The notes below the pieces were generated by a model, which ran no database searches, had not been told where the DNA came from, and worked only from the letters and a program-made list of their open reading frames with translations. A stretch of DNA of 64,000 nt from Eledone cirrhosa (taxonomy: Eukaryota), in assembly GCA_964016885.1 (NCBI GenBank), contig OZ024763.1, positions 27,590,001 through 27,654,000 of the forward strand, read 5' to 3'. This document shows, in pieces, positions 58,395-64,000 of this stretch. Both the position numbers and the translations under genes were made by a program. Positions within the stretch are counted from its first letter, which is position 1, and the number at the start of each line of letters is the position of its first letter.

Positions 58395-58818
58395 TAAGAG
58401 GAATTCCAACTTTGTCTGATTTACTCGTTTTATTTACAATCCTTTAAAATATATAATGGTATTATAATGAAATAGTATGATAGAATATTAAATTCTAAGT
58501 GTTAATTGAACAAGTACTTTCATGCTTTCGCAATCTTCAGGTTCATAATATGTGGTGACAGTCGAGTTTGCAATTTTCAACTGTTGAAAATTGCAAACTC
58601 GACTGTCACCACATATTATGAACCTGAAGATTGCGAAAGCATGAAAGTACTTGTTCAATTAACACTTAGAATTTAATATTCTATCATACTATTTCATTAT
58701 AATACCATTATATATTTTAAAGGATTGTAAATAAAACGAGTAAATCAGACAAAGTTGGAATTCCTCTTATTAATATAATCTTCTATACACAATCATACAC
58801 ACCCGTGTATATTTACCT
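58387..58818. mobile_element. 391-bp palindrome (195-bp arms, 1-nt centre at 58582) plus a 41-nt tail; PLE remnant
   Basis: 58387-58581 is the reverse complement of 58583-58777. I found no mismatch by eye. Confidence 0.9.
58619..58657 (+). ncRNA. Minimal type I hammerhead ribozyme (mirror copy at 58507-58545, minus strand)
   Basis: tgaac CTGAAGA t tgc-gaaa-gca t GAAA gtac TT gttca. GNRA loop II and palindromic GTAC loop III. Confidence 0.87.
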
Positions 58819-58850
58819 ATCTATCTATATATATATATATATATAATCAC

Positions 58851-59875
58851 TGCCTGATGAAGATCTTACAGGCTTATGGAATCCCCAAGAAGATAGTGGA
58901 CCTGATATCACTGCTCTACACCAACACCAAAGCCCAAGTCATTACACCTGATGGGATGATAGAGTTCTTTGAGATACTGGCTGGAGTGCTCCAGGGAGAT
59001 ACATTGGCTCCCTACCTTTTTATCATCGTAGTGGACTATTGTATGCGCCTTGCACTGGAGAAACACCAGGACTCTGGCTTTACTGTAGCACCGGCTCAGA
59101 GCAGGAGAGTTAAGGCGAAAAAGGTATCAGATGCTGAATTTGCCGACGACATAGTTTTGGTGACAAATACAATGAAGGAGGCAGAGGATTTGATGCGGGA
59201 GGTTGAGACTGTGTCGATGAGTGTGGGGCTGAGAATGAATGAGACTAAAACAAAATATCTGGTAGAGAATGCTGAGGAGCCAGAGGGGATCACTAATGTA
59301 GGCGGGAAGCCGCTAGAATTGGTTGAGGGCTTCCTGTATTTGGGAGCAAAGATTGGGAATACGGAAGATGATGTGGTTGAGAAGAAGAGCAAAGCCTGGG
59401 CGGCGTGCCACAGCTTGAGATCGGTGTGGGAGTTGGAACTTCGTAAAGACCTGAAAATCTGCCTCTTCATTGCTGTAGTGGAGTCTGTGCTGCTGTACAG
59501 GTCTGAGACTTGGACACTGGCCAAGAAACTCACTGGTGGATGGGTGCTACACGAGAATGCTGAGGATGACTCTGAACATTAATCAGTATACACTGAAAAT
59601 GAAAACTCAGAGCTGTATGGGAGCCTCCCAAAAGTCAGCTCAAAAGTGACACAGAGGAGACTGAGGTTAGCTGGACATGCTCACCGACATCCAGAGTTGA
59701 CATTGCACTCAGTGCTCCTGTGGGAGCCCCTACATGGACACACTGGAAGAGGAAGACTAAGGTTAACGTATGTTGATGCCCTAAGGACAGACATTAGCTC
59801 TTGGAGACGCAGGACATGGCAGCGATAATGAAGGACAGAGACCGCTGGAGAGAACTCGTCCATGGATCTCGGGAC
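58851..59875 (+). pseudogene. 5'-truncated RTE-clade LINE (RT and C-terminus, frameshifted)
   Basis: GVLQGDTLAPYLFII, EFADDI, GLRMNETKTKYL, FLYLG and VESVLLY.SETWTL; frameshift near 59533; then RRLRLAGHAHRH. Confidence 0.92.
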
Positions 59876-60399
59876 ATCACCACGATCAACACTACCACCA
59901 CCACCACCACCAACACAAACACCATCACCATCACCACCAACAACATCAACACCACCAACACCAATACAACCACCACCACCAAATCAACGACCAGTATCAG
60001 CACCACCACTACCACCATCACTAACACCACCTGTACAAAGTCTTCCGTTATAGTAGAATGAGATTTAATCTGTTATTCTGTTGTGCTGTTAACTCAAGGA
60101 TTCCTCCTCACTACGTAAAAGCTTCCTTTGGTTGATCTCAAATAACGGTAAACGGACATTCGTTCTCTGCCAAAAATTGGATTAAAGACATTCACCTGTT
60201 GGCAGCTAAGTCTAACAAGATAAAACTAAACAATGTCCTTACCTGTAGTTGATAATTTAATTTAGCTTTGATCTAGTTATCTAATTAGTAACATCAGCTA
60301 TTTCATTAATGATTACACATAAGAACACATTTCAACGGTCAGATTTAGTCACGTTCATTATGATGGTGGTGGTATTGTTGTTATTTTAGCTTTGGTTTT

Positions 60400-60560
60400 G
60401 CGGTTAAGCGTTGCAGCCCTTTAAGTTCTGAGTTCAAATCCCATCGAGGTTAGCTTTGCTTTTCAACCTTACGGGGTTGATAAAATAAAGAACCAGTAAT
60501 TCACTGGGGTCAACTTAATCGACTTCGCCTCTCTTCCCAAAATTACCTAAATCAGAAAGC
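60400..60560 (+). mobile_element. Diverged SINE copy
   Basis: B box GAGTTCAAATCCC plus core. Confidence 0.75.
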
Positions 60561-60589
60561 ATTGTTATATTAGCTTTGATTTTTATGAT

Positions 60590-62240
60590 ATAGGGTTACA
60601 TCGCTTTACATTCTGAGTTCAAATCCCACCGAGGTTAGCTTTTCCTTTTATCTTTATGGGGTCGATAAAATAAAGTACCAGTGACAAATCGGAGTAGATT
60701 TAATCGACTTTCCCTTCTTCCCAAAATTGTTATCTTTATGGGGTCGATAAAATAAAGTACCAGTGACAAATTGGAGTCGATTTAATCGACTTTCCTTTCT
60801 TCCCAACATTGTTATCTTTATGGGGTCGATAAAATAAAGTACCAGTGACAAATTGGAGTCGATTTAATCGACTTTCCCTTCTTCCCAAAATTGTTATCTT
60901 TATGGGGTCGATAAAATAAAGTACCAGTGACAAATTGGAGTCGATTTAATCGACTTTTCCCCTCTTCCCAAAATTGTTATCTTTATGGGGGTCGATAAAA
61001 TAAAGTACCAGTGACAAATTGGAGTCGATTTAATCGACTTTCCCTTCTTCCCAAAATTGTTATCTTTATGGGGTCGATAAAATAAAGTACCAGTGACAAA
61101 TTGGAGTCGATTTAATCGACTTTCCCTTCTTCCCAAAATTGTTATCTTTATGGGGTCGATAAAATAAAGTACCAGTGACAAATTGGAGTCGATTTAATCG
61201 ACTTTCCCTTCTTCCCAAAATTGTTATCTTTATGGGGTCGATAAAATAAAGTACCAGTGACAAATTGGAGTAGATTTAATCGACTTTCCTTTCTTCCCAA
61301 CATTGTTATCTTTATGGGGTCGATAAAATAAAGTACCAGTGACAAATCGGAGTCGATTTAATCGACTTTCCCTTCTTCCCAAAATTGTTATCTTTATGGG
61401 GTCGATAAAATAAAGTACCAGTGACAAATTGGAGTCGATTTAATCGACTTTCCCTTCTTCCCAAAATTGTTATCTTTATGGGGGTCGATAAAATAAAGTA
61501 CCAGTGACAAATTGGAGTCGATTTAATCGACTTTCCCTTCTTCCCAAAATTGTTATCTTTATGGGGTCGATAAAATAAAGTACCAGTGACAAATTGGAGT
61601 AGATTTAATCGACTTTCCCTTCTTCCCAAAATTGTTATCTTTATGGGGTCGATAAAATAAAGTACCAGTGACAAATTGGAGTCGATTTAATCGACTTTTC
61701 CCCTCTTCCCAAAATTGTTATCTTTATGGGGGTCGATAAAATAAAGTACCAGTGACAAATTGGAGTCGATTTAATCGACTTTCCCTTCTTCCCAAAATTG
61801 TTATCTTTATGGGGTCGATAAAATAAAGTACCAGTGACAAATTGGAGTCGATTTAATCGACTTTCCCTTCTTCCCAAAATTGTTATCTTTATGGGGTCGA
61901 TAAAATAAAGTACCAGTGACAAATTGGAGTCGATTTAATCGACTTTCCCTTCTTCCCAAAATTGTTATCTTTATGGGGTCGATAAAATAAAGTACCAGTG
62001 ACAAATTGGAGTCGATTTAATCGACTTTCCCTTCTTCCCAAAATTGTTATCTTTATGGGGTCGATAAAATAAAGTACCAGTGACAAATTGGAGTAGATTT
62101 AATCGACTTTCCCTTCTTCCCAAAATTGTTATCTTTATGGGGTCGATAAAATAAAGTACCAGTGACAAATTGGAGTCGATTTAATCGACTTTCCCTTCTT
62201 ACCAAAATTGTTGGCCTTGTACCTAAATCAGAAAGAATTA
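60590..62240 (+). repeat. SINE whose central 82-83 bp is amplified into a 19-copy tandem array (about 60650-62210)
   Basis: Head with a B box at about 60615. Unit ATCTTTATGGGGTCGATAAAATAAAGTACCAGTGACAAATTGGAGTCGATTTAATCGACTTTCCCTTCTTCCCAAAATTGTT. SINE tail GGCCTTGTACCTAAATCAGAAA at about 62213-62235. Confidence 0.92.
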
Positions 62241-62811
62241 TTTAATCCCTTTTAAGGTCTGTGGGTTGGCAGTACCGGTAGAGTATTTAAGTCTGGTGGG
62301 GCTGAGCTGCAATCCAGGTGCGCTGATGACAGCAGATTTTTTTCAGAGAATAGAGAGAGATGGAATGGAAGTGAGAAAGAGATATTGAGGAAGATTCGAC
62401 ATAAGTAGCAGCAGTAGTAGTAGCAGTAGTAGTAGTAGTTGTAGTAGCTTTAGCAGACGTAGTAGTAGTAGTAGTAATAGTAGCAGCAGCAGTTGTAGTA
62501 GTAGTAGAAGCAGTAGTAGTAGTAGCAGCAGCATTAGTGGTAGTAGTAGTAGTAGTATTAGTAGTAGTAGTAGTAATAGTAGCAGCAGCAGTTGTAGTAG
62601 TAGTAGTAGTAGTAGTAGTAGCAGCAGCAGCAGCAGCAGTAGTGGTAGTAGTAGTAGTAGTAGTAGTAGTAATAGTAATAGTAGTAATAGTAGCAGCAGC
62701 AGTTGTAGTAGTAGTAGAAGCAGTAGTAGTACTAGCAGCAACAGTAGTGGTAGTAGTAGTAGTAGTAGTAGTAGTAGTTGTAATAGTAGCAGCAGCAGTA
62801 GTACTAGTAGT

Positions 62812-62855
<44 letters not shown>

Positions 62856-62882
62856 TAGTAATAGTAGTAGTAGTAGTAGTAA

Positions 62883-62916
<34 letters not shown>

Positions 62917-63815
62917 TGTATCTGTCATTTCTGTTTAATTGTTAGGTTTTCTATTAAAGTAGGTGTTAATTAAGAGTAAGACACTGTTTACTGTTCTAGT
63001 CCAGTGTCTTGTTTACACTTGGTGGTGGTGGTGGTGGTGGTGGTGGTGGTGGTGGTGGTGGTGTTGGTGGTGGTGGTGGGTGTTGGTGGTGGTGCTGCTG
63101 GTGTTGGTGGTGGTGGTGTTGTGGTGGGTGGTGGTGGTGGTGCTGGTGGTGTTGGTGGTGGTGGTGTTGTGGTGGGTGTTGGTGGTGGTGGGTGTTGGTG
63201 GTGTTGGTGGTGGTGGTGGTGCTGGTGGTGTTGGTGGTGGTGGTGGGTGTTGGTGGTGGTGTTGGTGGTGGTGGTGGTGGTGGTGGTGGTGGTGGTGGTG
63301 GTGTTGGTGGTGGTGGTGGTGGTGGTGCTGCTGGTGTTGGTGGTGGTGGTGTTGTGGTGGGTGTTGGTGGTGGTGGTGGTGGTGGTGGTGTTGGTGGTGG
63401 TGGTGGGTGTTGGTGGTGGTGTTGGTGGTGGTGGTGGTGGTGGTGGTGGTGGTGGTGGTGGTGTTGGTGGTGGTGGTGGGTGTTGGTGGTGGTGCTGCTG
63501 GTGTTGGTGGTGGTGGTGTTGTGGTGGGTGTTGGTGGTGGTGGTGGTGCTGGTGGTGTTGGTGGTGGTGGTGTTGTGGTGGGTGTTGGTGGTGGTGGGTG
63601 TTGGTGGTGTTGGTGGTGGTGGTGGTGGTGGTGGTAATGATGGTGGCGGTGGTGGTGGGCGTTGAGGGTGGTGGTGGTGGTGGTGGTAGTGAAGGAGGTA
63701 AAGATGGTAGGAAGACAATCTGCACAAATATTGCCATTTCTGTATTCTATTGAAGGTGAGATTAAGGTCAAGGAATGTTCTCACACATTCACATAGACGT
63801 AAGTGCACACACACA

Positions 63816-63907
<92 letters not shown>

Positions 63908-64000
63908 GTATATATATGTACATATATATATAAGTATTGCAATCTTGTCAGATTAGGGAATATGATGCACTTTTAGGCTACGGCCAGCCACACATACCAG

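Noticed and set aside
58854-58862. CTGATGAAG as a hammerhead core
   Set aside because: It is RTE coding sequence (L-M-K), with no stem II or GAAA following.
60160-60250. Minus-strand splice-donor-like sites (CAG|GTAAGG, CAG|GTGAAT)
   Set aside because: No convincing acceptor or coding exon upstream.
60650-62210. CRISPR-like array
   Set aside because: Units are identical end to end with no unique spacers, the unit is SINE-derived, there are no cas genes, and the context is eukaryotic.

Overview
AT-rich, microsatellite-saturated animal genomic DNA. The SINE/LINE repertoire looks octopod-like (inference only). There is a 200-N scaffold gap at 13019-13218. I recognise no host protein-coding exon, and almost all tracked ORFs are translations of simple repeats. 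Real coding content is retrotransposon-derived: a nearly intact L1/Tx1-clade LINE (1-4985; zinc-knuckle ORF1, APE-RT ORF2 with one homopolymer frameshift), two RTE fragments, two CRE-like fragments and one R4/Dong-like 3' end. The most striking pattern is about 20 type I hammerhead ribozyme (HHR) motifs, complete or truncated, from many unrelated Penelope-like (PLE) families. Many lie in fold-back palindromes (arm-spacer-arm-tail) inserted in (TA)n. Second, the Tx1 3' ends land in (TATC)n or (ATT)n and end in a GCC-CTTGT-GGC hairpin. The most common tRNA-SINE ends in the same hairpin with a compensatory swap (GGC-CTTGT-GCC), which suggests a Tx1-SINE partnership. One SINE copy has expanded into a 19 x 82-bp satellite. 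All alignments and folds were done by eye.
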